NCBI GenBank assembly: GCA_016191875.1
Contig: JACPVG010000004.1
Location: forward strand, 1,832-65,831
From: Chloroflexota bacterium
Lineage (GTDB): Bacteria > Chloroflexota > Anaerolineae > Anaerolineales > UBA11579
Direction of reading: 5' to 3'
DNA: 64,000 nucleotides
Of the stretch, positions 7,844-16,702 are shown piece by piece. Every line of letters begins with the position of its first letter. Positions within the stretch are counted from its first letter, which is position 1. Below the pieces are notes generated by a model. That model did not search any database. It was not told where the DNA came from and was given only the letters and a program-made list of their open reading frames with translations. The translations under genes and the position numbers were made by a program.

Positions 7844-8839
7844 TTATACCGTCACCGCCTCGTTCTTCTGCCCGCTTTCGATGAGCATCAGCGCCAGGCG
7901 CAACGCCTGCAAGCCGTCCTCGCCGCCCACCGGTACGGGCCGGTCGTTCAGCACCGCCTCCACGAACGCCTGCAACTCCAGTTTCAGCGGCTCCTGGCGG
8001 GCGACGGCGTAGCGCACCATCCGGCCCTCGCTTACGCCTTTGATGGCCTGCAGCGCCCCCCACAGGTCGCCTTCGGTCTCGGCGTTCTCGAAGAAATACA
8101 GATCCTGGGTCAGGTCGTCCACCCGGAACATGCCGCGCTCGCCCAACACCAGCACCTCGCGCATCTTGGTGGGCGTGAGCCAGTTGATCTCCAGGTGGCC
8201 GATGACGCCGTTGCCGAAGCGCACCAGCCCCAGCAGCAGGTCTTCGTGGTCGGTGTGCACCCGCCGCTCGATCTCGGCGTACAGCCGGGTCGGCTCGCTG
8301 CCGGTCAGGAAGCGCATCACGTCCAGGTCGTGCGGGGCCAGGTCCACCACCACGCCCACATCGCGGATGCGGGCCGGGAACGGGCCGGAACGACGGCAGA
8401 CGATCTGGAAGATGCGCCCCAGTTCGCCCGCCTCCAGTTTCTGTTTGAGCATCTGCAGGGCCGGGTTGAAACGCACGATGTGCCCGACCATCAGTTTGCG
8501 CTCGCGCTCGGCTGCCATGGCGATCAGCCGTTCGCCCTGTTCCAGCGTGGCGGCGATGGGCTTTTCCACCAGCACGTGCGCGCCGGCTTCCAGGGCCATC
8601 CGGGCGGCCTCTTCGTGCAGGGCGGTCGGCACAGCGATGCTCACCGCCTCCGGCCTGGTCTCTTCAAGTAGATCGCGGATGTCCGTAAAGGCGGGAACGC
8701 CGAACTTCTGCCCCACCGCCTCGGCGGCGGGCGGGCTGGCATCCGCCACGCCCACCAGGCTCACGTTCGGCATCTCGGCATACACACGCACGTGGTTGCG
8801 CCCCATCGCGCCCACGCCGATCACAGCGGTTTTCAGCAT
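7844..8839 (-). CDS. Gfo/Idh/MocA family oxidoreductase (WbpB-like sugar-nucleotide dehydrogenase)
   Basis: MLKTAVIGVGAMGRNH N-terminus. GGAGG RBS lies 5 nt upstream of the ATG at 8839. Confidence 0.75.
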   Translation of the reverse strand: MLKTAVIGVGAMGRNHVRVYAEMPNVSLVGVADASPPAAEAVGQKFGVPAFTDIRDLLEETRPEAVSIAVPTALHEEAARMALEAGAHVLVEKPIAATLEQGERLIAMAAERERKLMVGHIVRFNPALQMLKQKLEAGELGRIFQIVCRRSGPFPARIRDVGVVVDLAPHDLDVMRFLTGSEPTRLYAEIERRVHTDHEDLLLGLVRFGNGVIGHLEINWLTPTKMREVLVLGERGMFRVDDLTQDLYFFENAETEGDLWGALQAIKGVSEGRMVRYAVARQEPLKLELQAFVEAVLNDRPVPVGGEDGLQALRLALMLIESGQKNEAVTV

Positions 8840-8893
8840 TCGGCCTCCAAGAGTATTATGGTGCATAGCCCCTTGCGGGCGTGTAACACGGCG

Positions 8894-9544
8894 CTAGTCC
8901 TCTTCGCAGCAGTCGTCTTCCATCCCTTCAGCCTTCTCAAAGGCTTCCTTCCCCTCGCTGACCGAGAAATAGATCAGGCCGACTGCGCCGAGGCTGTCCA
9001 CAAAGCCGAAGCCGGTGAACTGGTAGATGAGGCTCGATGCCAGCAATACGACGGACATATAGATGCACACCATCGTGCAGTTGGCATCCGCCAGGATGGG
9101 CGCCGAATTGAGGGCGCCGCCCACCTTACGCTTGCCCGCCACCAACGCCCACATCACCGCGATGGAGATTAACGAAATGACCAGCCCCGGCAGGGTGGTT
9201 GCGGGCTTGTGGCCGGTGAGCAGGTTGTAGATGGCCGTCGCGGCCAGCCCGGCGGCCAGCAGGTAGAAGGCTCTGCCGGTAATGCGCAGGGCGGCGCGCT
9301 CGAACTGCGAACGCGGCGTATCCGGGTTGTGCCGGATGCGCAGCACCATGGCCAGAATGCCGATGCCGGACATGACCTCGATGAACGAGTCGATGCCAAA
9401 GCCAAACAGCGTCAGCGCCTCGTCTTCCACGCCGAAATAAATTGAGATGATGCCCTCAGCGAAGTTGTAGAAGATGGTGAACAGCGCCAGCCACAGGGCG
9501 GCCTGCCAGTATTTGCTTGCGGATTCCTGCGCCAACGTCGTCAC
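8894..9544 (-). CDS. Cation-efflux-like polytopic membrane protein with an acidic Cys-rich tail
   Basis: Six predicted TM helices, CDF-like TM region, C-terminal EDDCCEED. GTG start. Confidence 0.5.
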   Translation of the reverse strand: MTTLAQESASKYWQAALWLALFTIFYNFAEGIISIYFGVEDEALTLFGFGIDSFIEVMSGIGILAMVLRIRHNPDTPRSQFERAALRITGRAFYLLAAGLAATAIYNLLTGHKPATTLPGLVISLISIAVMWALVAGKRKVGGALNSAPILADANCTMVCIYMSVVLLASSLIYQFTGFGFVDSLGAVGLIYFSVSEGKEAFEKAEGMEDDCCEED

Positions 9545-9599
9545 GGCGCGGCCATTATAGCCGATGGCGCCGCGGAGATTCCCACGCGCCGCTCGAAAT

Positions 9600-10166
9600 T
9601 CAGATGTACCGCTTCACCCGCCTGCAATAGTCCAGGTATTCCTGGCCGTAGTGCTGCTTCAGATAATCTTCTTCCCGCAAGACCTGGCGGTGGAACAGCC
9701 ACACCGCGCCGGCGAGGTACACAAGGAGGATCCAGTTCGGGAAGATGAGGAACTGGCCCAGGAGGACAAGAGCGAAGGCCACGTAGATGGGGTTGCGGCT
9801 GAACGCAAAGACGCCGGTTGTAATAAGTTTGTCGGGATGCTCGGTGTCGATGCCCACGCGAAAACTCTGCCCGAACGAAACCAGGCTCCACAGAAGCAGC
9901 GACAGCCCCGCCAGGCAGAACAGCACGCCGGCCCAGGCGACGCCCTCGGAATCGAAGAACTGTTGGGCGCTGACGGTGGGCAGGCCGAAGGCATGGGCGA
10001 AGATCAGGTAGAACAGGAAGAGGGCGAACGGCGGAATCAGGAAGTCGGTCTTGTCCAGTTTGCCGAAGTGCAGGGCGTCCACGCCTTTCCTTCTCAGCAA
10101 GAACACGCGGGTAATGACCATCCCCATCAGGAGAACGATAGTGAGGGCGGCAAGGGTTTTGGGCAT
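9600..10166 (-). CDS. ICMT/PEMT-family membrane methyltransferase
   Basis: TTGVFAFSRNPIYVAF and REEDYLKQHYGQEYLDY motifs. The start lies 4 nt after the kinase stop. Confidence 0.7.
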   Translation of the reverse strand: MPKTLAALTIVLLMGMVITRVFLLRRKGVDALHFGKLDKTDFLIPPFALFLFYLIFAHAFGLPTVSAQQFFDSEGVAWAGVLFCLAGLSLLLWSLVSFGQSFRVGIDTEHPDKLITTGVFAFSRNPIYVAFALVLLGQFLIFPNWILLVYLAGAVWLFHRQVLREEDYLKQHYGQEYLDYCRRVKRYI

Positions 10167-10170
10167 GTTG

Positions 10171-12126
10171 TTATCCCAGCGCGGCAACAAACTCGGTTGC
10201 AGAGTCAAACCGGTCGGCGCGTTCCTTGGCCATGGCGCGCTGGATGGCGCGAGCGGCGGCTGCGGGGCAATCCGGGGCGTGGTCGCGGGCATTCGGCGGC
10301 GGCTGGGTGAGATGGGCCATCAGCAACGCCCCGGCATGGCCGGGCTTGAACGGCAGTTCACCGATGAGCATCTGATAAGTCATCACGCCCAGCGCGTAGA
10401 TATCGGCGCGGGCGTCAATATCCGCCGCGGCGCGGATTTGCTCAGGGGCCACGTAGTCCAGCGTGCCGAGGAAACCGGAGCGCGTCATGCTCGTGAGGCC
10501 GTCCAGAATCTTGGCAATCCCGAAGTCCATCAGCACCGGGCGCATCTGGGCCGGGCGGTCATCCAGCATGATGTTGGAGGGCTTGATGTCGCGGTGGATG
10601 ATGCCGCGGCTGTGCGCCAGGTCCAGCGCCGCGGCAATGGGCTGCAGGATGGACAATGCATCGGCGAGCGGCAGGCGGCCCACCCGCCGCAGGTGTTCGG
10701 CCAGGTCGTGGCCGGGGATGTATTCCATCAGGATGAAAGGCTGGCCATTGTGCTCGCCGGTTTCGTGGATGCGGACGATGTGGGGGTGCTGGAGGGCCAT
10801 CACGGTGTCGGCTTCACGCCGGAAGCGGCCGCGGAAAGCCGGGTCATCGGCGGCGGCGCGCGGCAGCACTTTGAGCGCCAGGGGTTCGCTGCTGCCGGGG
10901 CGGACCGCGCGGTACACCTCCGCCATGCCGCCGCGGCCGATGAGTTGAAGGTCGCGAAACTCGCCGAAGGCGGTTTGCCCGGCCGCGGGTTCCGGGCGCG
11001 GCGGCGCGGGCGTGCGCTGGTAGTCAATCTCGATGCCGTAGAAGCGCCGGTCCACAAAGCGCTGGATGTTGCGGCGCAGGGGTTGGAAGGCCGCGCCAAA
11101 CACGCCTGCCGAAAGCACCCCGGCCATCAGCATGCGGTTGTCGTTCATCTGCAATACCTGTGTGATGAACAGCAGGATGCCGCCAAAGGTGGCGGCCAGC
11201 AGCAGGGTGAGGGCGGCGTACACACTGCCGCGCTGGATGACGAGGTCAATGTTCCACAGTTTGTAACGCAGGATGGAAAATGTCAGGCTGACGGCCAGCA
11301 GCAGGCCGGAGAGGTAGAACGCGGGTATGAAAAACATCCTGAAGTTCAATTCCGGCAGGCCGGGTTCAATGGTGGCGAGGACCACGCGCACGATGGCGAC
11401 CATGAGTCCGGTAAAGGCGACGCTGACCAGCACCCAGCGGATTTGCTGGCGTTCCTGCAACCCGGAATGTTTGCGGTAGCGGTCCAGCAGCGAACCAAGC
11501 ATGACAAAGATCATTGAAATGCCGACCGCGTTGGAAGTCTGCACCGGCCAGCTCCAGAAATCCAGCGGTGAGCCGGGGAAGAAATGGGCGATGAAGGTGA
11601 GCGCCAGCCAGAGGCCCGCACCCCACTTCGCCCACGGCTGGAGGATGCGCCCCGTTGGAAATGCCAGCCACACCACCACCAGCGACTGCCCGACCCAGCT
11701 CATCAGGTTTTCCAGCCATTCCAGCCCCGGGAACGCGTACAGGAATGAGCCGAGGATTCCGGAGTCCAGCGCCGTGATGCCCAGGGTGACCAGCATGCTG
11801 GCGAATATCACTTCATAGGCGTTGTGGCGCCGCTGCCAGAACACAAATGCCCCGGCGATGATGAGCGGCAGGATTTCGATGGTGATGCCGATGGGTAGGG
11901 TGATGGCATTGAAGCGGTTGGTGAGGCCGTAGGTGTTGAAGGCTTCTTCCGTGGCCTGACAGTAGGCGTTTTCGCCGCAAGGCGTACTCCAGCCCACATA
12001 CAGGCCGGCGGCGGCGCCCACCAGCACGAAGAGCGAGGCGGCAAACAAAAAAACCCACCCGATTTGCAGGGCGCGCAAAAGGAGTGGGTAGGTTGCAGGC
12101 TGTGATTTATCCGTGGTTGACGGCAT
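10171..12126 (-). CDS. Hanks-type Ser/Thr protein kinase with an N-terminal ~10-TM sensor-like module
   Basis: C-terminal kinase domain (GRGGMAEVY, ALKVL, HRDIKPSNIML, DFGIAK, APE). The N-terminal polytopic region ends in LRYKLWNIDLVIQR...PLRRNIQRFVDRRFYG. An alternative TTG start lies at 12132. Confidence 0.85.
   Translation of the reverse strand: MPSTTDKSQPATYPLLLRALQIGWVFLFAASLFVLVGAAAGLYVGWSTPCGENAYCQATEEAFNTYGLTNRFNAITLPIGITIEILPLIIAGAFVFWQRRHNAYEVIFASMLVTLGITALDSGILGSFLYAFPGLEWLENLMSWVGQSLVVVWLAFPTGRILQPWAKWGAGLWLALTFIAHFFPGSPLDFWSWPVQTSNAVGISMIFVMLGSLLDRYRKHSGLQERQQIRWVLVSVAFTGLMVAIVRVVLATIEPGLPELNFRMFFIPAFYLSGLLLAVSLTFSILRYKLWNIDLVIQRGSVYAALTLLLAATFGGILLFITQVLQMNDNRMLMAGVLSAGVFGAAFQPLRRNIQRFVDRRFYGIEIDYQRTPAPPRPEPAAGQTAFGEFRDLQLIGRGGMAEVYRAVRPGSSEPLALKVLPRAAADDPAFRGRFRREADTVMALQHPHIVRIHETGEHNGQPFILMEYIPGHDLAEHLRRVGRLPLADALSILQPIAAALDLAHSRGIIHRDIKPSNIMLDDRPAQMRPVLMDFGIAKILDGLTSMTRSGFLGTLDYVAPEQIRAAADIDARADIYALGVMTYQMLIGELPFKPGHAGALLMAHLTQPPPNARDHAPDCPAAAARAIQRAMAKERADRFDSATEFVAALG
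10176..10259. repeat. 84-bp direct repeat, copy A (3' end of the kinase gene)
   Basis: 82/84 identical to 16288-16371, same orientation. Confidence 0.9.
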
Positions 12127-12151
12127 GCCCAATTTTACATGATTTGCCGGG

Positions 12152-12358
12152 TCACGCGGTTTCCGGCGGCACGTTCTGGTTCAGCCGGAACAGGTTATCC
12201 GGGTCGTATTTTGCTTTGATGGCCGTCAACCGTTCCCAATGCGCCGGCGGGTAGGCATCCCGCACTCGGGCCGGGCCTTCGTCGTTGATAAAGTTCACGT
12301 AGGCGCTGGCATCGCCCTGGTCCAACGCCGCGGCAAAGTCTTTGATCCATGCCGCCCT
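12152..12358 (-). pseudogene. C-terminal (BBE-type) fragment of an FAD-linked oxidase
   Basis: The minus-strand frame reads AAWIKDFAAALDQGDASAYVNFINDEGPARVRDAYPPAHWERLTAIKAKYDPDNLFRLNQNVPPETA*. This frame is closed by a stop just upstream (~12381). Confidence 0.6.
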
Positions 12359-12359
12359 T

Positions 12360-12482
12360 GTCGGTGTGGATGCTCAACAACAGGGAGCCATCACCGGCTT
12401 TGACTCCGGCGCTGAGGCCGCCCTGGGCGGGATTGTGATACACCTCGTTCGACTGACACTTGGGACAGGTTCCGCTGCGCAT
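12360..12482 (-). pseudogene. 5' fragment of a zinc-ribbon ORF running out of frame into the oxidase fragment
   Basis: MRSGTCPKCQSNEVYHNPAQGG... has one CxxC only and no second metal-binding pair. Track ORF 12195..12599 is the resulting chimera. Confidence 0.35.
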
Positions 12483-12652
12483 GAATTCTCTCCGATTGGG
12501 GGCCCGGCCAGCTGGCTGGTGGGGGGATACAAGGCCGCGAATTGCTGCAACCCAGCGCGGCTCTCGCGAACATGCGGCATACTTCACAAACTTGCCCATG
12601 CCGTTTTCTAATCACTCTGCCGTATAATGAATCTTATTAAGAGAAACGTCAG

Positions 12653-15600
12653 ATGCTTGCTGAACTGAATCCCGGTGACATCATCAATGAACGCTATCGC
12701 CTCGATGTGCTGATAGGCCGCGGCGGAATGGGGGTGGTTTACCGCGGCCACGACATTCTGTTGGAGCGTGAAATCGCTCTGAAGCTGATGGCATACACCA
12801 GTATGGGGGATGACGTTCGACAACGCATGCTGCGGGAAGCGCAGCTCGCCGCCCAACTCACACACCCGAATATTGTCGCCGTCCACGATGCCGGCCAGGT
12901 GAACGGAACGCCATACATCGTCATGGAACTGGTGGAAGGTCACACCCTCAGGCAGTTTAAAGGCGAGTCGCTGGACCAGGTCATCGCGGTAGCCGAGCAA
13001 ATCTGTCTTGCACTGTCCCATGCCCACCAACATGGCGTGGTGCATCGCGACCTCAAGCCGGAGAACATCATCATCGGCTCCAACGGCAACGCCAAATTGA
13101 TGGACTTTGGCCTGGCCCATTTGCATGCCAGTAACCTGACCACCACCGGCGTCATGCTCGGCACCGTCAACTACATGGCCCCCGAGCAAATTCGCGGCGA
13201 TAAGCTCGACCCGCGCACGGACCTCTATGCGCTGGGCGTGATGCTGTATGAAATGTTGACGGGTTCCGTGCCCTTTGAGGCCGATACAGCGCTTGCCGTT
13301 ATCACTCAGCATCTCTATGCGCCGCCCGTGCCGGTCTGTGCCCGGAATGCTCAAATTCCCGCCATGTTGGATGGGCTGATCAGCCAGTTGTTAAGCAAAG
13401 AGCCGGATGAGCGCCCCAACTCAGCCGAAGTGGTGCGTGCTGCGTTGCTGGCTTCGATTTCCGCCCCCTCGCAAGAGCAACCCGCGGACGTGCCAGCCCT
13501 GGAACGCATCGCCCGCGGTCGGTTGATTGGCCGCCGGGAGGAAGTGCAGCAGGTTCGCGCCCATCTGCGTCAGGCAATAGGTAGCAAAGGCAGCCTGGTA
13601 CTGATCAGCGGCGAGCCGGGCATTGGCAAGTCCAGGCTGGCACAGGAAGTGATGGCGGAAGCGGACGCAAGCGGCGGGTACGTACTCAGGGCGTTGTGCT
13701 TTGAAGAAGGCGGCGGCCCCTATGATGTCTTCGCCCAACTTCTGCGCAAAGTCCTCCTGGAGGATAAGGCCCTCCCGGAACTGCCCGAGTTCGTCCTAAG
13801 CGACCTGCTCACCATCGCCCCGGACCTGCAACCTGCTTTTCCAAACCACCTGCCCCAGCCGGTTGGAGACAGCCAGTTTCAACAGCAGCGACTTTTGCAA
13901 AGCGTGAATACTTTTTTTCAAAAACTTGCTGCCCAACGACCGCTGGTGGTTGTCATCGAAGACCTGCACTGGGCCGATGCAAGTACCCTGATTCAAATTG
14001 GGCACCTGGCGCGCCATCTTGTCCACTGGCCGCTGTTGCTCTTAGCGACCTATCGTGAGGTGGAACTAACGTACAACCCGGCGTTCCAACGTCTGCTCGC
14101 TGGGTTTAACCGCGAACGAGTAGGGACGCGCATAAAAATCGCGCGACTTGGTCTCGATGAAACCCGAACCCTGCTGGCAAGCATGTTTGCCGAGGAAATC
14201 ACCGATGATTTTCTGGAAGGCATCTATAAGGAGACCGAGGGCAATCCTTTCTTTATAGAAGAGATTTGCAAAGCGCTTCTGGAGAGCGGCCGGCTTTACT
14301 ACCAGGAAGGGCAGTGGCACCGTCCGAGCATCGCAGAGCTGCGTATCCCTCAGGGAATCCGGGTCGCCATAGAAGAACGCGTGGGCAAACTTCCCGACGA
14401 ATGCCAGGAAGTGCTCAACATGGCAGCGATATTCGGCCAACGGTTTTACTATGACGCCCTGCAATTGGCTTCCGGAATGGAAGATGAGCAGGTATTGCTG
14501 GCGCTGGAACAGGCGGAAGACGCGCAGTTGATTCATGGTTCCAGCGATAATTACGGCGTCTCGTTCACGTTTGCACATGCGCTCATCCCTTCTTCACTGG
14601 CGGAAAATCTGAATATCCTTCGCCGCCAGCGAATGCATGCTCGCGCCGCCGAGGCGCTTCTCCAGGTGCGTCCTGATGACTTCGAGACATTGGCTCACCA
14701 CTTCTCATCCGCCGGAAATCTGGACCGGGCCATTGAATACTATCGGATGGCCGCAGCGCGAAGCCGGAGCGTATACGCTTATGCCCTGGCTCTTGAACAG
14801 ATTCAGACCGTCATTGACCTGGTCAAAATGGATTCACAGTCGGCCATCCGGGTGGATGTTTACGAAGAGCTGGCCGATGTGCAAACCATCTATGGGCAGG
14901 CCGATTTAGCTATCGAGAACTACCGCCATGCCCTTGATTTGCTGGCCAGCGCGAAAGACCCCGACAGGTTGACAGTTATTCGCCTTCATCGCAAGTTGAT
15001 CGACTCGTTGACGCGTGTGCTGTGGTTTGAGGATTTGGCCCGCGTTCAGCATCTGGTCGATCGCAGCCTGCGCGAGGCCCCTCCGCTGGCGGAGGAAGTG
15101 CCACCCCACGCTGAAGTTGTGTTTCTCTATCAGGCACTGGGGTCAACCATCGGGCGAGACCCGGTGCTTGCAACGAAATCAATTGAAGAATATTCCCAAA
15201 AAGCCCTGGAGATTGCCCAACAGCTTGGCGAGCCAAGAGTTAAATCGGCCGCTCTTGGCGCCATGGCAGTCATGCAGTTGGTTATGGGAAATCCACAGTT
15301 AAGCCGCGGCTATTCCGAACAACGCCTGGCGCTGATTGAAGAACATTTGCCGGATGATCTGGTTGAGCGAATTGATGTCTTGCGACTGCTCACGCAAAGC
15401 CTGATGCAGATGGGCGAATTTCCGCGCGCCATGGAACTGTCGCGCGAGGCGTACCAACTTGCCAGCCGTGTTCATCATGTCAACCTGATGTTGTTTTCCC
15501 TCGTCCGCCAATCGGTATGCGAGTTTTCAATGGACCGTTGGGACAACGTGCTTGCTTTGGAGAAAAACATCATATCGCTTGAACGCGAGTACGAAACTAT

Positions 15601-15766
15601 CTTTGAAGGTCAGCGCGCTTCCTGTTTCCACATCGGACTGATGGCCGCAATTCATATATTTCGAGGAGACGCGGAAAAAGCTGGTGAGCTGACCAGACGG
15701 TCCCGTGAAATCATGATGAGCATCAATGGTCCTGAGGAACATTGGGATCGCTCCAGCCGGTATTGA
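12653..15766 (+). CDS. Ser/Thr kinase - AAA/STAND ATPase - TPR multidomain regulator (PknK-like architecture), ending at an in-frame TGA
   Basis: N-terminal kinase (GRGGMGVVY, HRDLKPENII, DFGLA). Walker A GEPGIGKSRL, followed by long helical-repeat/TPR-like sequence. Confidence 0.85.
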   Translation: MLAELNPGDIINERYRLDVLIGRGGMGVVYRGHDILLEREIALKLMAYTSMGDDVRQRMLREAQLAAQLTHPNIVAVHDAGQVNGTPYIVMELVEGHTLRQFKGESLDQVIAVAEQICLALSHAHQHGVVHRDLKPENIIIGSNGNAKLMDFGLAHLHASNLTTTGVMLGTVNYMAPEQIRGDKLDPRTDLYALGVMLYEMLTGSVPFEADTALAVITQHLYAPPVPVCARNAQIPAMLDGLISQLLSKEPDERPNSAEVVRAALLASISAPSQEQPADVPALERIARGRLIGRREEVQQVRAHLRQAIGSKGSLVLISGEPGIGKSRLAQEVMAEADASGGYVLRALCFEEGGGPYDVFAQLLRKVLLEDKALPELPEFVLSDLLTIAPDLQPAFPNHLPQPVGDSQFQQQRLLQSVNTFFQKLAAQRPLVVVIEDLHWADASTLIQIGHLARHLVHWPLLLLATYREVELTYNPAFQRLLAGFNRERVGTRIKIARLGLDETRTLLASMFAEEITDDFLEGIYKETEGNPFFIEEICKALLESGRLYYQEGQWHRPSIAELRIPQGIRVAIEERVGKLPDECQEVLNMAAIFGQRFYYDALQLASGMEDEQVLLALEQAEDAQLIHGSSDNYGVSFTFAHALIPSSLAENLNILRRQRMHARAAEALLQVRPDDFETLAHHFSSAGNLDRAIEYYRMAAARSRSVYAYALALEQIQTVIDLVKMDSQSAIRVDVYEELADVQTIYGQADLAIENYRHALDLLASAKDPDRLTVIRLHRKLIDSLTRVLWFEDLARVQHLVDRSLREAPPLAEEVPPHAEVVFLYQALGSTIGRDPVLATKSIEEYSQKALEIAQQLGEPRVKSAALGAMAVMQLVMGNPQLSRGYSEQRLALIEEHLPDDLVERIDVLRLLTQSLMQMGEFPRAMELSREAYQLASRVHHVNLMLFSLVRQSVCEFSMDRWDNVLALEKNIISLEREYETIFEGQRASCFHIGLMAAIHIFRGDAEKAGELTRRSREIMMSINGPEEHWDRSSRY

Positions 15767-16249
15767 ATATGCCAGCCGCTTAAAGCACAGGGCGAGTTCG
15801 CTCTGGTCAAGGAACACATCGTGAAAGCCCTGCAAGTGCCCTCTTCCCTATTCTTTGAATTGGAGCTCATCGGCCTGCTGGTGGATGCGGCGGCTGAAGC
15901 CCAGAACAGGGAGGTATTACAGGAATATCTCGCCAGAGTTGAGGCGCTGGCGCAGGGCTTGAACAATCATCTATATTTGGGAATCGCCCATCGAGGTTTT
16001 GCGGCACTACTATCCCTGGATGGAAATTTTGCCGCCGCTCTGGAGCGCCTTGACCAGGCCATTGAAAGTTTTACTTTTCTTGGCCTTGCTTACCAGCTTG
16101 GCAGGAGCCATGCCCAGCGAGCAAGTGTGCTGGCGATGCTTGGCCGGAACGAGGATGCCCAACAGGCTCTTCATCAGTCGCTTGATTATTACAATCGTCT
16201 TGGAGCAACCCTCGCCATCGAGAAGACCAGACACATGCTCGACATGTGA
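15767..16249 (+). CDS. TPR-like C-terminal segment in the same frame as 12653..15766 (a continuation, or a separate GTG-started ORF at 15821)
   Basis: (15821-12653) is divisible by 3. There is no stop between 15767 and 16249. The helical-repeat sequence continues the upstream domain. Confidence 0.5.
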   Translation: MCQPLKAQGEFALVKEHIVKALQVPSSLFFELELIGLLVDAAAEAQNREVLQEYLARVEALAQGLNNHLYLGIAHRGFAALLSLDGNFAAALERLDQAIESFTFLGLAYQLGRSHAQRASVLAMLGRNEDAQQALHQSLDYYNRLGATLAIEKTRHMLDM

Positions 16250-16279
16250 AGACTTGCACGGCTGGGTGCTGAGTCTGGA

Positions 16280-16555
16280 TTAATTCTCCAGCGCGGCAAC
16301 AAACTCGGTTGCAGAGTCAAACCGGTCGGCGCGTTCTTTGGCCATGGCGCGCTGGATGGCGCGGGCGGCGGTGAGGCCGGTTTCGCGCGCCACGTCTGCC
16401 GCGCCCGCAGGGCGCAGGATGAGGGCCGGGCGGCGGTCGATATCGCCCAGGAAAACGGTGCGGGTGGTCTCATAATCGACGTGGTCGGGGGTGAGGATGC
16501 GGCCGGTGAAGGCGGGGCGCAGGGCGGCGAGCGCATCGGACAGGGTGGTAGACAT
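16280..16555 (-). pseudogene. Chimeric remnant: N-terminal ~61 aa of an FAD-linked oxidase fused to the duplicated kinase C-terminal tail
   Basis: MSTTLSDALAALRPAFTGRILTPDHVDYETTRTVFLGDIDRRPALILRPAGAADVARETGLT (FAD_binding-type N-terminus) is followed by AARAIQRAMAKERADRFDSATEFVAAL, identical to the end of the 10171..12126 kinase. Confidence 0.6.
16288..16371. repeat. 84-bp direct repeat, copy B
   Basis: 82/84 identical to 10176-10259. Confidence 0.9.
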
Positions 16556-16702
16556 TAAGGACTCTCCTTGGTGTGAATTAGAACAAATGTGCGATAAGAG
16601 TATACTGCGGTTGGGGAAATCTGGGTAGGATTTGGGGGAATTGGGCAATGGAATTTTTCACGCAGTTTCGTGATACACTTAATTACGTGAAAGGGCACCC
16701 GT

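Noticed and set aside
8868-8882. The 15-mer GCCCCTTGCGGGCGT shared with 29593-29607, considered as a dispersed repeat.
   Set aside because: A single shared GC-rich 15-mer in 64 kb (both strands) is within chance expectation. I cannot support it as a repeat family from this window alone.
12195-12599. The 134-aa minus-strand ORF read as a real protein.
   Set aside because: It is a chimera. The upstream 39 codons are unsupported, a zinc-ribbon fragment follows, and the frame then runs out of register through the FAD-oxidase C-terminal fragment, whose true frame is +1.
15764-15766. The in-frame TGA read as selenocysteine or as evidence of a reassigned genetic code.
   Set aside because: - TGA terminates many well-supported genes here, for example the BCCP ORF at 1448-1450 and the P-type ATPase at 27839-27841.
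- I saw no SECIS-like hairpin immediately downstream.
- No Sec machinery is present in the window.
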